The translations under genes and the position numbers were made by a program. DNA of 64,000 nt from the human T2T-CHM13v2.0 reference genome, Homo sapiens. Numbering within the stretch: position 1 is the stretch's first letter; every line of letters begins with the position of its first letter. Location: NCBI RefSeq assembly GCF_009914755.1, contig NC_060936.1; one strand, written 5' to 3'. Below the pieces are notes generated by a model that saw only the letters and a program-made list of their open reading frames with translations, ran no database searches and was not told the origin of the DNA. Shown here piece after piece: positions 13,161-29,726 of this stretch.

Positions 13161-16100
13161 GAAGATGTAAAAAGGACTCTGTCAATGACTGGCAAACTTT
13201 CAGAAGTGGTTTCCAAGTTATCATTGACTTCTCAGACAGGGTTGGAGGAGATGATAATGTGTGTCTGAAGGTCACTCCCTTTTCTTCTTCAAGATTGTCC
13301 TTTTAAAAATGTTACTACACCTAGGAGATATCACTTAACAACACCTTCAAAAGGGATGACTTAGCCATTTAATGATAAGCCATTTAATGATAGGGCACTG
13401 GGTGGGTGAAGAGGAAATATAAGAACTGGAAGAAGCTGGGTTATTTGAGGGAAGGAAGAGAGGTCTGCTCCAATGGTGAAAATTGTGGAGACAGACTGCC
13501 CTGACCTTGCCTCTCAATATTGTTTTTTTTTGTGCCATTTTCCAAACATCATCAAACCCTGCAATACACACTTATTGTGCAATAGAAACCATCAATACAA
13601 AAATATAGAAAACATGAGAATGAGAACGGTTGTGTCACATATTGGTCTATTTTTGAAAGGGAGAAGAGTAAAAGAAGGAGAAAGAGAAAAGGTTATCTTA
13701 AGCCAGTCAGGCTGGTTAGTTATAGTTGAGTCCAGAAGAAGGGAGAGCATGCATTATTTCCACAGGTTAGGTAGATGTCTGGATTAAAATTATTTTAATC
13801 TCAAGTGTTAATAAAAAACCCAAATTTCAAAATACATATGGAATACCTACACAAACATCAGCCCCATGGTTTCCCTTGCAAATGACAAATATCCAAGGGC
13901 ATAAGCAGCCATGATTTAATTAGAAACTTTAAAAGATGCTTGGGCTGGTCAGGGGTGCAGAAGAACATGCTTCACCCTCTGCTGCCATAACAAAGAGGCA
14001 AGAAACAGGCTGATGAAGATGTCAGCAGACTGCCATACTTGTTGGGGTGTGTCTAATATAGAAAGACAAAAATAGCCCTGATTGCTTGAAGGATTTAATG
14101 CATTTCTCCAAAGAAAGCTTTTTGCAAAGCAACCCCCTTCTCACGAGAGTGATTAGGTAAATATAGAGCTTCAAAAAGATTGAAAGATAAAACTGGATGA
14201 TGCTTGTCTCTCTTTCTCTGCTCTACTTTTGAAGCGGTATTTTGACAATTTAAATTCGAATAATAAGAGGGCTTTTTAACAGAATTGAAATGAGGAATTT
14301 AGGAAAATGATATTTAGTATGATGAATTCTACTTCTCACTGCAGATTTATTGTTTTCAAATTGCTAGTGTACTCACAGTCAGGCGACTGCCTTGGAGGGA
14401 GCCGATAATTTGCCTGAGAATCTATCAGGGCAGAGACATGTGTGGAGAAGCATTTTTTTCATGGGCAAAGCAAAATGTACTCTTCAAACCCATCTGAGGC
14501 GCATGCGGCTATTTTTAACCATCTGCACTGCAGAATCATCATCAAAGCTGTAGCCAAGGATTTATAAAATGGGCAAGGCAACCCTCCCTCTGAGCTGGGA
14601 GGTGTGGGGCTAAGGGTTATGAGGAAAATCCAGTGGACCAAATATTGTATTCATCCAGCCTCCCTCAACCCTCTTTCAGGTGGACAGTTCCAAGCTCCAG
14701 AGCATCCTAGAAGGTAGCCCAGAAAGCTGCATTTAGGGCTGATGACCCCACTACTACCCGTGTTGGCCTATCTGGTCATTGAACCAAGGGCTTTGGCAAA
14801 TCTGGTTGAAGAAGTGGCCTCTTGTGCCTTTAAAGAGGCTTATCTAGCTACATCCTACCACCCTGGTTATGTTCTCTTGGCTCTTGCTGGCTGACACAAA
14901 AAGAAGTTATGGCCAAAAGTGGGGGTTCACTTAAAGTTCCCTCTTTAATATTGTTATATTCTATAGGAATTTTGTTAAAAAAGGAAATCAAGCCATGTAC
15001 ACATCTGATACCATTTAAAGATGAAAACTGATTGCCCATGGTGACCTCACATCACAGTATGAAAGAATCCTTGAGTAAGTTCTAAAATTATAAACTTAAT
15101 GCACATTCATCTCCTTGGAAGTTTCCATTTCCCCTTCCTTTCTGGTACATTAAGTGAAAAATCAATGTTCCCAGAATACACTTTTGTTGAAGTTAGTAAT
15201 TCAGAATTTGAGATATTTTTGGTAGTTTGTAATATAAGCATGCAATTGTATGTATCAGACTACGTATTTTCTTGTAAAGCTAAAATATTTGAATATAGTT
15301 GACTAAAAAGGATTACTAAGTATCATCAACATAGAAGTATATTTAACCACACTTTAATAAAGTCTTCACTCACTAAAATATGTATTTTGGTATATTTGAA
15401 TTAATATCACTAAAAATATTTCTGACCTACTGTATAACCCTAAATATTTTGTGCACATTAAGTACATTTGCATGTTTGTATAATTACTAAAAAATCATGT
15501 TACATATTCGTAGAACTTTTCGAATAAAGATAGATAAGTAGAAATTATTATTTCTGACAAAGTTTCATAGTACCAAATACGTCTTAAATAAATTCCTCAA
15601 CCCCTAGCCAGAAGGAGCTCTTTAAAATTTTGAATATTTTTCCTCTTTACTAAGTGGATCCTTAATTGGCTTCATAGACCCCCTTTTTAAGATTATTATA
15701 TATGTGAGAACATTTTGACATAATTATTTGAATTATAGCAGAAGAGCCCAATAAAACAAAGCTCTTTAAATGGGATTACAGTCAGCAGTTTAAAGTTTAC
15801 AGGCTTGGAGCATGCTTTTAGATTAGCAAGACAGTTAGAGCAAGCACTCTGGACACACTTGAGTGATCCATTTCATAAGCAGTTACAGCCTCTCTTCTCC
15901 AGAATTTCAAATCCTTTAGCTGTTATGAATGGATAGTTTGTTAGGGTTTTTCCAATGCCCTTAAGGGATTATCTTCTTTACTGTTGGGTGTTTTGATTTT
16001 CAAGATAGGACTAAAGGGCATTATGAGACTTCAGGTCTTAAATTTCTGTGTTTCATTCCTCAGAGTCTTAAACATTTGTGTTAATGGGTAATCCCAAGTA

Positions 16101-16480
16101 ATTGAAAGATAGTAAGAATTTTGAAGTGACTTATGATGATATAATGTGAAGACAGGCATTCTAACTCTACCTCAAGCCAGTTGTGACAGGATAGTTCTGG
16201 ACCTTGATTTTTGTTCATTTTTTTTTAAAAATTATTTTCAGCAACACTGGCTTGAATTTAAGCATTTAAAATTTCTTTGGGTAAAGTTATTTTTATCATG
16301 CATGTGTTTATTATTGTCCCAGGAAAACTCATTATTACATTAGGGTTTGGGTATACTTCCTCGCTGTGCATCTTACATACAATGTTCTTTTGGCTACTTG
16401 TGGGTGTTTTCTCGATCTTGGTTAATAGCATCTCCATAGTTAAGCTAATGAAAAGATGCCTTAATTAAAACGCAGATCAA

Positions 16481-16770
16481 GGCTGGGTACGGTGGCTCCC
16501 ACCAGTAATCCCAACACTTTGGGAGGCCTTGGTGGGAGGATCTCTTGAGATCAGGAGTTCAAGACCAGAGTGGGTAACATAGCCAGATCTTTGCCTCTTA
16601 AAAAAAAAGCCAGGCATGGTGTCATGCACTTGTAGTCCCAGCTACTCAGGAGGCTGAGGCAGGAAGATCGCTTGAGCCTAGGAGTTCGAGGCTGCAGTGA
16701 GCTGTGATTGCACCACTGTACACTCCATCCTGGGTGACAGAGGGAGTCCCTGTCTCAAAAATACAAAAGG
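16481..16770 (+). mobile_element. AluJ
   Basis: gagttcgaggctgcagtgagctgtgattg diagnostics. Confidence 0.9.
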
Positions 16771-17934
16771 CAAAAACCAAACAAAAGCAAGAACAAAACT
16801 CCAGCAGATTAGAAAGGATTCCGCAGTATTACAAAAGAACAAGCAAAACAGAGTCAACTGAAGGGATCCCACATGAGATAATGGTAAAAGAATTCACACA
16901 AGAAATACTTTTTCATTGCTTATTAACTCATAAAATGGCAAAGTGTAGATTACTGGCCATGCAATAATTATCACTTTTTAGTAAATGCTCAAGACTGGCA
17001 TATTTATGAAAGCATTTCTATTTTGGGGACTGCATTCAGATTTTTAACTGGCCTTTTTTCATTTGGAGTGTTGATTTTGAAGCTGATTTTTAACATGCCC
17101 CATGCAAAGATCAAGAGACGGAACTTCAGCACTGGTTTGGTGTTAAAGCTTATAAAATGCAATTTTAAAACAGTAGCTCTTTGGTCCCAGATTAGACAGA
17201 GAAAGATGAGCTCTGTTAAAGCTTCCTTTAGATTAAGACACGATGACTAGATGAAGCAAGAACATTGGTTCCTGCTTTCCTGGCTGCACAGGCACCATCT
17301 CCCCCTCTCCCCTTACTGTATCCAACTTCAACTGCTTCCCTGTAGCTCAGGCACTGGGACCTCCCCCCGCCACCCGGGGCCAGTTCTGTGTCTTCTTTAG
17401 GACCTTGCTCTGTCATCCCCCCTTGCTCCTGTGTCTTTCCTCTCTTCCAGTGGGCTCCTTTTGCTCAGCCTGTCTTTTTTCCTTCCTTTTTCCAAACAAG
17501 GAGAGTTGTTAATTTGTTTCTTTATCACATCTTGCTTCATCTTACAAAGGATTTGATGTGGCCTTCTGGAAATACATACGATGCAATAATATTATATACT
17601 ATATCTAACATATAAAATATTATCTTTATATATTATATAAATATATATAATATAAAAAATCAAGCCAATATAGTAGAGGTAGAATAAGAAACAATGATAA
17701 AAGATACAGACTCTAGAAATACATTCCAAAAAAATCCCATTCCACAGACTTAGTAAAGGTAGGCTACAAATTTGATTGTCAGCTTCCCAGCAGCCAAAAT
17801 GAAAAGGAAACCATCATTAATTATACAATTATAAAGTTTGTAAGATAAATAGCGTAAGATTTGCCCAGAAGAGGCAAAGCTTTCTTTCTTCGCCACCAAC
17901 ATCTGAAATGCATTTCCTCCTGTGAGTCCTCTGC

Positions 17935-18464
<530 letters not shown>

Positions 18465-18836
18465 TTAGCCTTACCCAAGACAAAACAAAAAAGCCATCCC
18501 TAGAAGTCTGAATTGAGGAGGGAAACAGACCAGAGTCCCTGTCTCTTAGTGAATACAGTCTGGTCTATTTACCCCATCAATTCAGACTTCTCAAAAACAT
18601 AGTCCATGGATACTTAATGAATTGAGGAATTATATGCGTTTTGGGTTTGTTTTATTTTTGTTTTTTTAAGTATGAAAATGGCATTATGATCTATTTGCTT
18701 TACCATGATCAAATGGTGGGGAAGATAAAGGCGGGTGGAGAATGAAACAAGACTGGCCGTAACTTGATAATTGAAGGGGTGATGGGTACATGGAGCTTTT
18801 TCATAGCTTGTTCTCTACCTTTGGAACTGCTTAAAC

Positions 18837-19130
18837 TTCTTTTTTTTTCTGAGACAAGGTCTCGCTCTGTCACCCAAACTGTAGTGCAGTGGCATGAGCT
18901 TGGCTAACTGCAACCTTCCCCTCCTGGGTTCAAGTGATTCTCCTGCTTCAGCCTCCCAGATAGCTGGGACTACAGGTGTGCACCACCATGCCGGCTAATT
19001 TTTGTATTTTTGGTGGAGATGGGTTTCATCATGTTGGCCAGGTTGGTCTCTAACTTCTGGCCTCAAGTGATCTGCCTGCCTTGGCCTCCCAAAGTGCTGG
19101 GATTACAGGCATGGGCCATCATGTCTGGCC
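18837..19130 (-). mobile_element. Alu inserted in an old L1 3' end
   Basis: Full dimer; flanks resemble an L1M 3' terminus (gatgggtacatgg...acaataaaa). Confidence 0.92.
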
Positions 19131-19489
19131 CAGTTTGAATTTTTCTACAATAAAATTATTTTTTAAAAACAGCTTACACTGGCAATTTGACCTTCTTACT
19201 TATCAATCACTTCTAACCTACTATGGTTTAATTTCTACCCCACACTCTCACTTAAGCCTCTGATGACCCTAACATGCAAAACCTATGGCATGCTTTTCAG
19301 GCTTTATTTGGAAACTTTGTACCTTTGGCCTCTTGGCAGGGCATTTTCTGGGTTACTCTGCATCTATATTGACCATTCCTACTCTGACTACCCTTTTCCT
19401 CTGACCACCCTTTCAGTAATAGTATTCTACCCTTCGTATTCTGCTCTGTTTCCTTGATACTGTTCTGATTGCTCCCACCCACTCTTTGG

Positions 19490-20688
<1,199 letters not shown>

Positions 20689-21419
20689 AGCACATTCTGT
20701 ATGTGAGGGTCCAAGGGAAAATATATTTTAAATTTGTGCTTAAGATAGAAAGAAGGAAAATTAATTTATTTGAGTTATATATATTTGGTAAATATGCAGA
20801 AAATAGGGCCATGTTTTGAACATGTCCCTTAATATAGAGAATAAAGACATTGTCTCCAAGGAGTTTCCTTCTGAAGTGGAAATGAACAGTGTGCTGAATG
20901 TGAACAGCGCTGTTGAATGTGCTGGCTGGGAGGCAGGTCTTCTTGCAGGTGGCCCTTGGAGAGTAGTACTTTTGCTCTGTTCTTGAAGGATATTGCTTTG
21001 ATTTTAGAATATCCGGGTTATGGGAATTGTGGCTACAAACCCAAAACATTGATATGAAAAGGTAAGGAAAATTTGATTTCTGAATTAAATATGCTGGGAA
21101 CATACACCTTAAAGAGAATAAGAAAATTTAAAAAAATCTCATCCAGGAAAGGATTTTATATGGTCACCAAGAGGCAGGCACTTTTATAAAATGTAATGCT
21201 TGTGTCTACAGCATCTTGACACGTGATCTTCACTCTCATGCAAAGAGCTCATTGGCTCAGTCAGCACCAACAAGACCACCAGTGCTACAGTTCTTAACTT
21301 TTACCTTCCCCTTGCCCTTAGCCTCAGTCAGGTGGCTCATTTGACATTGACCTTGTATTTGGTGAGGGAACCATTCATTGCTTAGGGAATTATCTTCTAT
21401 GATTTTAGAGAACATCTAT

Positions 21420-21971
21420 TGTTTTTGCTAGCCCAGCGAAACCATTCACCCTTCTGATAATAGCACCCTGCTTTTTCTTGAGATATCACATACTCCATAT
21501 GGTTGGACGGGGCTGACTATAACCCTTGGTTCAAAGATGGACCTATAAACCAGCCATGAATAGTCAAAATATTGTCTCCCTGTTGATAGTAATTAGCTCA
21601 GAAATGGATATGTGAGCCCGAGCCCAGTCAGTCATAGCAAATCCATCACTTCAGTTTCAAGAGTTGGAAAAGAGATGTGCTCTTTCCATAGGTTAGCTGA
21701 GAAGGTAAGCTGTAAGCCTGGAGCTTGCCATTTTGCCATTTTTGCCCTCAGGATGGGAGAGCCTGCCTGAAACCTGAGCCAGTGGAGAGAAAAGCAGACC
21801 TGAGAGGGATGGGGCAACAGTGAGTCCTGGTGACATTCTCTGAGCCTCTGGATCTAGTGACACCCAAAGCTAGGCTCGTCTCTGGATGTGAAACTATAAA
21901 CCTCCTTTAGCTTAAGAAAGTTTGAATTTGGTTTTCTGTCATAGGCAACCAGAAACACTTTTTCTAATACC
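21420..21971 (+). mobile_element. MLT1-type (ERVL-MaLR) LTR
   Basis: tgagcctctggatctag...gcttaag...ttttctgtc...gcaaccagaaa...ctaatac 3' end. Confidence 0.65.
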
Positions 21972-23258
21972 ACAATCATAGGAAAAATAGGCATTAAGAA
22001 ATCCAAAGGGGGCCATTTCTATCAACTCAGGGCTTCTGATCGCCTATTTTCCTGCAGTAAATTTTCCTGGATTGTGGTCCACTTTAATGGTCCTCATTTA
22101 TACAGAAAATCAAGATCAAGTGAGCTTTTGCCTAATTGTTTCTTTGAACAATTGGTTCTAGCAGATCGAGTTAAACCTCTCACAAAACCCTCTCCCAATA
22201 GGTTCTGGCCTTTGTCTGTTCCTCTCTCCATCCTGCTGGTAAATAGGCCATTTTAGTTGGAGGACTTCTCTCTGACAACTGATAATTTTTTGCTGCAGTT
22301 TTAAATATTGTACCTCCTGGTTTTCTCTCAGTTGTTTTATTTTCTGTACCAAATTTCCAGGGTAAGTTTAATATGAAGAATAGCTTAAAGTGATTTAATC
22401 TTTCTCTGCTTCAGTTTGACATCCACAAATAAAGCTTGACTAGGTGATAATAATCATCATGCTCTATGATTTTATATAGAGCATCTTAATGTTTACAATC
22501 TCATCTAATCTTCCCAATGATCTTTTGGGGAAGGAATTTTCTCTGAGATCTTGTCAATCCCTATTTCTGTTTCTGTATTTAGAAACAAGAGAAATGTGTT
22601 TTAATATTTGCTAAAGAACATGAACATTTATGTAGTAATCTGCAGAATTATGATGATTAGGATAAATAAGTAGGTCAGGATAAAAATTTTGAGACCTTCA
22701 AAAAATTATCTTAACCATGGGGTAACAACAACTCAATGGACATAAGAAATAGAGTGTTTGGAGCATTTGCAGTCTAAATAGAGTTATCACAATGATGCTC
22801 TGATTCTATCAGTATTGCTGGTCTCTTTTCTTTTCAAGTTAAATCGTCAAGTACTTTGCATTAATCAATGGTGAGAGTGAGGAAAAGGATAAAGCATATT
22901 TAATTATCTAAAATCAAACTCACAGAAGAACAGCTCTTATTAATTCTGAAAATTGAGATGATTGCTGGATGTCCATGAAGCTCTGCCCCTGCAGAAGGTA
23001 TCATGAAGGCTGAGACATGCATACAACAAGAGATTCCTATCCATGGAAACTGAGAATACACTGAGGGCAGGGATGAGCTCTCTGGCCTGGAAGGAGCCCT
23101 GGGTGGGTGGGTCTGGTCTTAGAAGGCTAGCTAGAAGCAGAAGCAAATCTAGCCTGGAGTAGGCAACCTTCTCTAAGATGTGCTTTGCGGGCAACAAGGC
23201 AAATCTCCTGGCTCCTAAATCGTTCTCATTATTTGCTGGAACTACTGAAATTCCACTT

Positions 23259-23391
23259 TCAGTCTTCCTTTTCTTTGGGTCTGGAAAGGTTTTCAGCCTC
23301 AGAGGCCCCTTTGGAAGAGAAGTGCCACAAACCATCACTGATGGGGATTAGGAGACATTCGGCAAAGGGAACAGGGTTGAAGCGAGATCTC
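23259..23391 (-). CDS. BEST3: Candidate alternative terminal exon after exon 9 (G-RSRFNPVPFAECLL...RPKEKED*)
   Basis: Long pyrimidine tract plus tttcag|G; phase-2 compatible; 43 open codons to TGA. Confidence 0.65.
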
Positions 23392-23576
23392 CTGAAAGTA
23401 GAAGGAGGAGGGCAGGCCACTTCAGGGAGGAGGGAAAGAAGGGTCATAGGCAGCAACCACAGGACACAAACCCACTGCACAAATCCGCTTACAGCAGGCC
23501 TCAGGGAACTATGAGCCACAGTCTTGCCAAGAATTATAAGAAAAATTCCACAAAAGTTTCCCCTTTTGCTACAGTT

Positions 23577-23607
<31 letters not shown>

Positions 23608-23984
23608 GAGTGGAGAGTTTCTTACTTTCTGAATTAGTCTGTGCTTTTCTCTTTAATTTACTTGGAAACTGTGGCATCTGCCTTCAGCAAATATACTTAA
23701 ACTTCTCCCACATTCACACACTTCTCCAATATCAAATACATGCTCAGACTTAATGAAATTATTATAGAACTGTACCTGATTTACTTCAGGCCTCAACTCA
23801 TTTATTTAAAGCTCATTATACTTAGGGGTGATTGCTGTGTTAAAACCACTGAACAGAGACTGACTTACATACTAAGCCTAGGTAGAAAAAAATGCCAAAA
23901 AAGGTAAAAAGATTAGAACAGTGATCTATCTGTTCATTTCCTAGATATTGGAGATATTTATTTTAATTTTCGTGAATTAATTAA

Positions 23985-24206
23985 TTATTTTTCTTGAGAC
24001 AGGGCTTCACTTTGTCACCCAGGCTGGAGTGCAATGGCACAATCACAGCTCACTGCAGCCTTGAACCCCTGGGCTCAAGCAATCCTCCAACTGCAGCCTC
24101 CCCAAGTAGCTAGGACTACAGGTGACATCACAGTTGGCTACTTTAAATTATTTTATTTCTTTTTTTTTTTTATAGAGACAAGGTCTCACTATGTTGCTCA
24201 GGCTGG
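23985..24206 (-). mobile_element. Partial AluJ, about 33 nt from the exon 9 donor
   Basis: Right arm plus a short piece of left arm. Confidence 0.9.
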
Positions 24207-24239
24207 AAAATATTAGAGATTTTTTAAAAATGCACTTAC

Positions 24240-24391
24240 CCCATCTGGACTGTTGACCCCAGAAATGAGGGTATGCAGTAGTCAGCAGCTGCCAATGTGT
24301 ATGGTGGGCGAGCAGCAGAATCGTCCCAGTAAATGTCCTTCTTCATCTTGGGTAAGCTCATGTGCATTTCGTCCACAGCTAAAAGAGAGAC
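24240..24391 (-). CDS. BEST3: BEST3 exon 9 (VSLLAVDEM...PPYTLAAADYCIPSFLGSTVQMG; autoinhibitory IPSFLGS, residues 356-362)
   Basis: tttag|GTC acceptor, GG|gtaagt donor, 152 nt, phase 0-2. Confidence 0.96.
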
Positions 24392-25696
24392 CTAAAATCA
24401 TTGTTATATTGTTAGAATAACTCAGATGTAAATTAAATAAAAAGGAGAAGTTTTTTTGGGCAGATGAGAGTTAGATTGGGCTAGGACACAGTCTAAATGA
24501 GTGAATATACAAATGTCTGTAGTTCATACTTGCCATGACCACAGCTGCCACAGAGAGTTGTATCTGTTGTTTACTACTCGAGAGCACTTGGCGATGAGGA
24601 TAAGTGGGGCTTGAAGCCTCCCACACTCCGGGATCAAACCACACACTCTAGAGTGGAGTTGCCTCTTAGCTGGAGGGAGGGGAGCCATCTTTTTATTCTT
24701 TGCTCACAATTGTGGTGTTGTTTTACCTGATAGCACCTACTTAACCCCAAATATTACAGGAAGGTGAAGATTCCGCTTTTCATTCTGTTAACCCTGTAAA
24801 CACATTTTTACTTGACATCACTTCTTATATGCCCTGGTTTCTTGTTCATTTCTTTGTTTGGAAAAACATAACAAGAAGTCTATACTGCTCAGTGCTATGG
24901 TGCTCTCTCCTCTTGGCTTTGACAAAGTGATGCATGAATACATTATTAATCCTCTGGGATTCCAATTTTGACAAAGTGAGTGACCTAGGCATTATGCGTC
25001 CTCCCTAAGAGACTGACATTGGGATCTACTGTGAGATGTTTGAACTTACTTAACTGCCGAGTAAGGGCTTGAAACAAATGAAAAATGTGAAGGCCTTCAC
25101 AGGGAAGAGAATGGTCTAGGGAGAGTCTTGCCTAAAAGGAAAATTCCTTAGTGCTGTTTCTTCATGAAAAGCTCTCTGGAATAGTGCTTCAGGGTAAGGG
25201 CCCTGGGGCCCATTTAGTGCATTTCATGCAGATTTGAGACACAAGCTGGCATGGCCCAGGCTCCCAGTGTCCAGCTGGTGGCTATCTGACTGCTGGGATT
25301 GACGTGATACCACTTTGGGAACTCCCACCAGCTTGTGTCTGGATGCCATTTTAAGTCACTATTAACCTCTCTGGTTGGCAACAGAAAACAGACTAAAGAA
25401 CAATTTAAAATACTGCTCTATGCTGAGATGAAAGAGGCTGGAAAAAGCTAATAGAGGGCTTACAAAGAAAATTGGCTTGAAATTCTACTTAAAAGGAACT
25501 AAATTTCACTGGAGCTGAAATCTCGGATGTGTAAGCTTCTGAAAGGACCTGAGACAGCACAGTGCACAGCCAAGCCTCTTTCATTTGTGGCTAAAGCTCT
25601 GAAGCCAAGGGGTGTGCATTTGAAATCTGCTTAGATTTGAAATATCGCAAGTGATTTATTATTAACATTTGAAAAAGAAAGAAAAATTCCTCTAAC

Positions 25697-25777
25697 CTGC
25701 AAATTTCTGTCAATGCACCAGTTAGTTTCAAAATCATCATCATCTTCTCCAAAAGGGTTGATAAGCTGCTCTGCTAC
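25697..25777 (-). CDS. BEST3: BEST3 exon 8 ([27 protein letters not shown]; Ca2+ clasp)
   Basis: ctacag|GTA acceptor, CAG|gttaga donor, 81 nt; acidic clasp motif. Confidence 0.97.
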
Positions 25778-26232
25778 CTGTAGTTGAGAACATAAAATAA
25801 ATCCATCATGATACCTGTGAAAACTCAGAATAGAGACTGAAGATGATTCCTGTTTTCCTCTCTGCTTCCTTGTGTGACTTTCTAATACGAAGAGTAGAGG
25901 GGAGTAGATTGTTCTACCGAGATATTTATTAGCGAGCAAGACATGATTCTCAAACCATGAATGATGCACCTTCGTAGGTATGCTCTCCAAATGGATCTGT
26001 CCATTCAACTGGTGACAATGCAGGCCCTATCAGGGGAAGCCATGTCCTATTTAGGAGCCAAATCAAATGACTGAATAGTGAAGGAGAACCAGCTATTTGC
26101 AAGGCACTCTGAAGGGTACACAGGCTATGCTTTCAGGGAATTACAGGGCCCAGATGATAAGACAAAATGTACACAGGGAGAAGGTTAAACAGTAAAGAAA
26201 GACTTAAATCACACTTAAAGAAAATAATATAA

Positions 26233-26555
<323 letters not shown>

Positions 26556-27088
26556 GAGCTTTCACAGTTATTGAACATAACTGCTAAGTAAATGAGTTAG
26601 AGAGCTAGTAAGTCCTAAAGTTGGAAATTGAGGCTTACCTAGTTTTACCCTAAAGGATTTACTCTTATCCAGTAAGTTAGTTTTCCTGCCGGGAAAATGT
26701 TAGGTAGCTATTGTCACAAATCTTTTAATATTTGATCAATATTAAATATTCTTATCATGTTCCTGAATTGAATAGCCTTCTTGATGAGAGGTTTATATAT
26801 AAAATACAACTCATCTATCATTTTCCTTGTTGAAAAATTTCCCTTGGTTTTTATTATCTGGACATGCGTGCATGCTCGTGTGTATGCGTGAGAGAGAGAG
26901 ACAGGGAGAGAGTTGGGGGAGAGGGAGATTTTACATTGAGTCTAGATGGAAAAAAATTTTAAATGTGTAAAATAAAGGCACCATGTGATTAGTTTCTAGA
27001 GTCTAAACATTCTAGATTCTGAAACTATTCAGTAGAAAATCTACCTACTTATCTTTTAGGATTTAAGTCAACGTATTAATACTTAGAG

Positions 27089-27252
27089 CAGTGTTTTTCA
27101 ACCTTGGCTGCACATTAAAATCACCCGAGGAGCTCTTAAAAAAACCCGATTGATGCCTGGGTCCCTCCCCGAGAGATTCTGATTTAAGCAGTGTGAGGTT
27201 GAGGCCAGGCATCAGTGTCAGGTAAAGCTCCCAGAGGATTTTCATATGTGGC
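27089..27252. mobile_element. MER5A-type MITE
   Basis: cagtgtttttcaaccttggctgcacattaaaatcacc...agagattctgattta. Confidence 0.8.
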
Positions 27253-27696
27253 TCTTATTTTAAGTGCCTTTCCTTGGGCAGGTCTGTGCCCTGAATCAGT
27301 AAGCCTCACAGTGATATCTATGTTGAAGTTCTTGTCACTAGTTCCATGGGGCTATCTGCCCTTTCTTGCCTGGAGATTTACTTAGATTAATTAAGGGTAC
27401 TGGTTGAGTCCTGAAACCTATTTTTATTCCATCCAGATTTTCATTTTTATGCAATCAGTCCTGCATGTATTATCGTAGTCTACATTAAATTGACAAAATG
27501 GCATGTATGATTCTGAATTGACCAATCTCAAAATATATCTTTTATTCCACTGGGGGCTGCATTTTCAGCAAGTAACTGAGTGATATACTATTCATAAGGT
27601 TAAGATAGCTTTTCTACACTTAGAAAACATTTATAAATATCCTAATTGTTGAGATAGAACAGCTGTTTAGAAATGGAGGCACAACCCATGGTTTAG

Positions 27697-28222
<526 letters not shown>

Positions 28223-29080
28223 ATTTTAAAACAGTTTATAAAGGAAAAGGATGTAAATATTTTAGAAAGCATGTCAGAGGGAAGGAACCATTATCTGCTC
28301 TTTATGGGCTGGTCAAGCGCCTTACATGGAGACAAAACAAAGAATAAAAACTTGGTGCAAGTCAGGGGAAAGAAAGAAAAGTACTTTTTGAGAATGATTA
28401 TTTGGGCCACTGTGGTGATTTTATATTTATAAAGCTAAAGTCTACTTTTTCCTCTAATGGAAAATGAAAGTCATTAGTCTCTTCTGCTTTCTTGCTCTTA
28501 TGCAGGTAGAAATAATTAAGAATCACAGTAATCTGATTAAAAATTCTTTTGCCATTTGTAAGGGACTTGGCTTTACTCTTTGGAGTATAATTTGAAATAT
28601 CAACATATTATTTTTTTTTGGTGAAGAGTCAAACCAATGAAAGGAAAGGCTTCTGCAGGGAAAATTTCACTGCAACCTGAAGGCCCCAGTGGGTCACGAC
28701 AAGGTATGGCTCTTTGGAAGGCCAAACATTTGAAAATTCTACTTTACGAATATCATCTGCATATCATCATTGCCTTTGAATGAACTTAATGAAGCCATTG
28801 TCATTGATTTTTTTTCTATCACATACTTCCCATTTGGAAGTTTACAGAGGTGATGGAAGAATCAGGTCTCTGATATTTACACACATACATTTGAGGAGGT
28901 GGTGGTGAAGGGAGGGGAAGCAAGGAAAATTCTACACAGATAGTTAGGCAAACCATTCTCACCTCCTGAACCTGTTTAATTCCCTGGCAAACCAGATGTT
29001 GTCATTGTTTCTGGTGTTTCTGGTTCTGATTCTGATGAATTCTGAGTCTCAGTTCTGGTTTTGAAAATGGGGTACATTTA

Positions 29081-29244
<164 letters not shown>

Positions 29245-29726
29245 GAAAATGGGGTACACTTAATGTTGTGGGACACCTAGCAGAATTTCAGGGAATTGCA
29301 ATAACTATAGAGTTGAGCAGAACCAAGATTCTACTACAATATTAATGGTTAAGTCTGATTTACAAGGCTTCTTGTTGACTCTTTTACTCTGCCTAGTTGC
29401 TTGTTGTGGTATACAATATCAATGCAAGTACACTTACTACTTTAGTTACATTATTATAATCCTAATGGGAACACACAGAGACTTAAAAGAGAATCAATAG
29501 CCATAAGAGTGTTCTTCTAATGTCTTTGCACAAATGAGCTGTTTCTATCCCTGTCACTTGAATCTCTGAATCTCTGGCAGAAAAGTAATAACATTGCTGA
29601 GCCATTACATGTTAAATCTACCTTTGACTCACTCATGAATGATTTGCTAAAGACTCAGTAAAGGATTAGTGTGGAGAGTCTGGAACATAACACATTACAA
29701 AGTGGGGCCCTGAGACCACTGGCTAC

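Noticed and set aside
22158-22352. Coiled-coil-looking ORF (KLQQKIISCQREVLQLK) as a possible pseudogene
   Set aside because: Non-ATG start, 64 aa, no family I recognise, no poly(A) or TSD; a BLASTX search would be needed.
25778-26008. In-frame upstream extension of exon 8 with a donor-like CAG|GTATCA at 25814
   Set aside because: The implied intron would be only about 37 nt; the extension has no bestrophin similarity.
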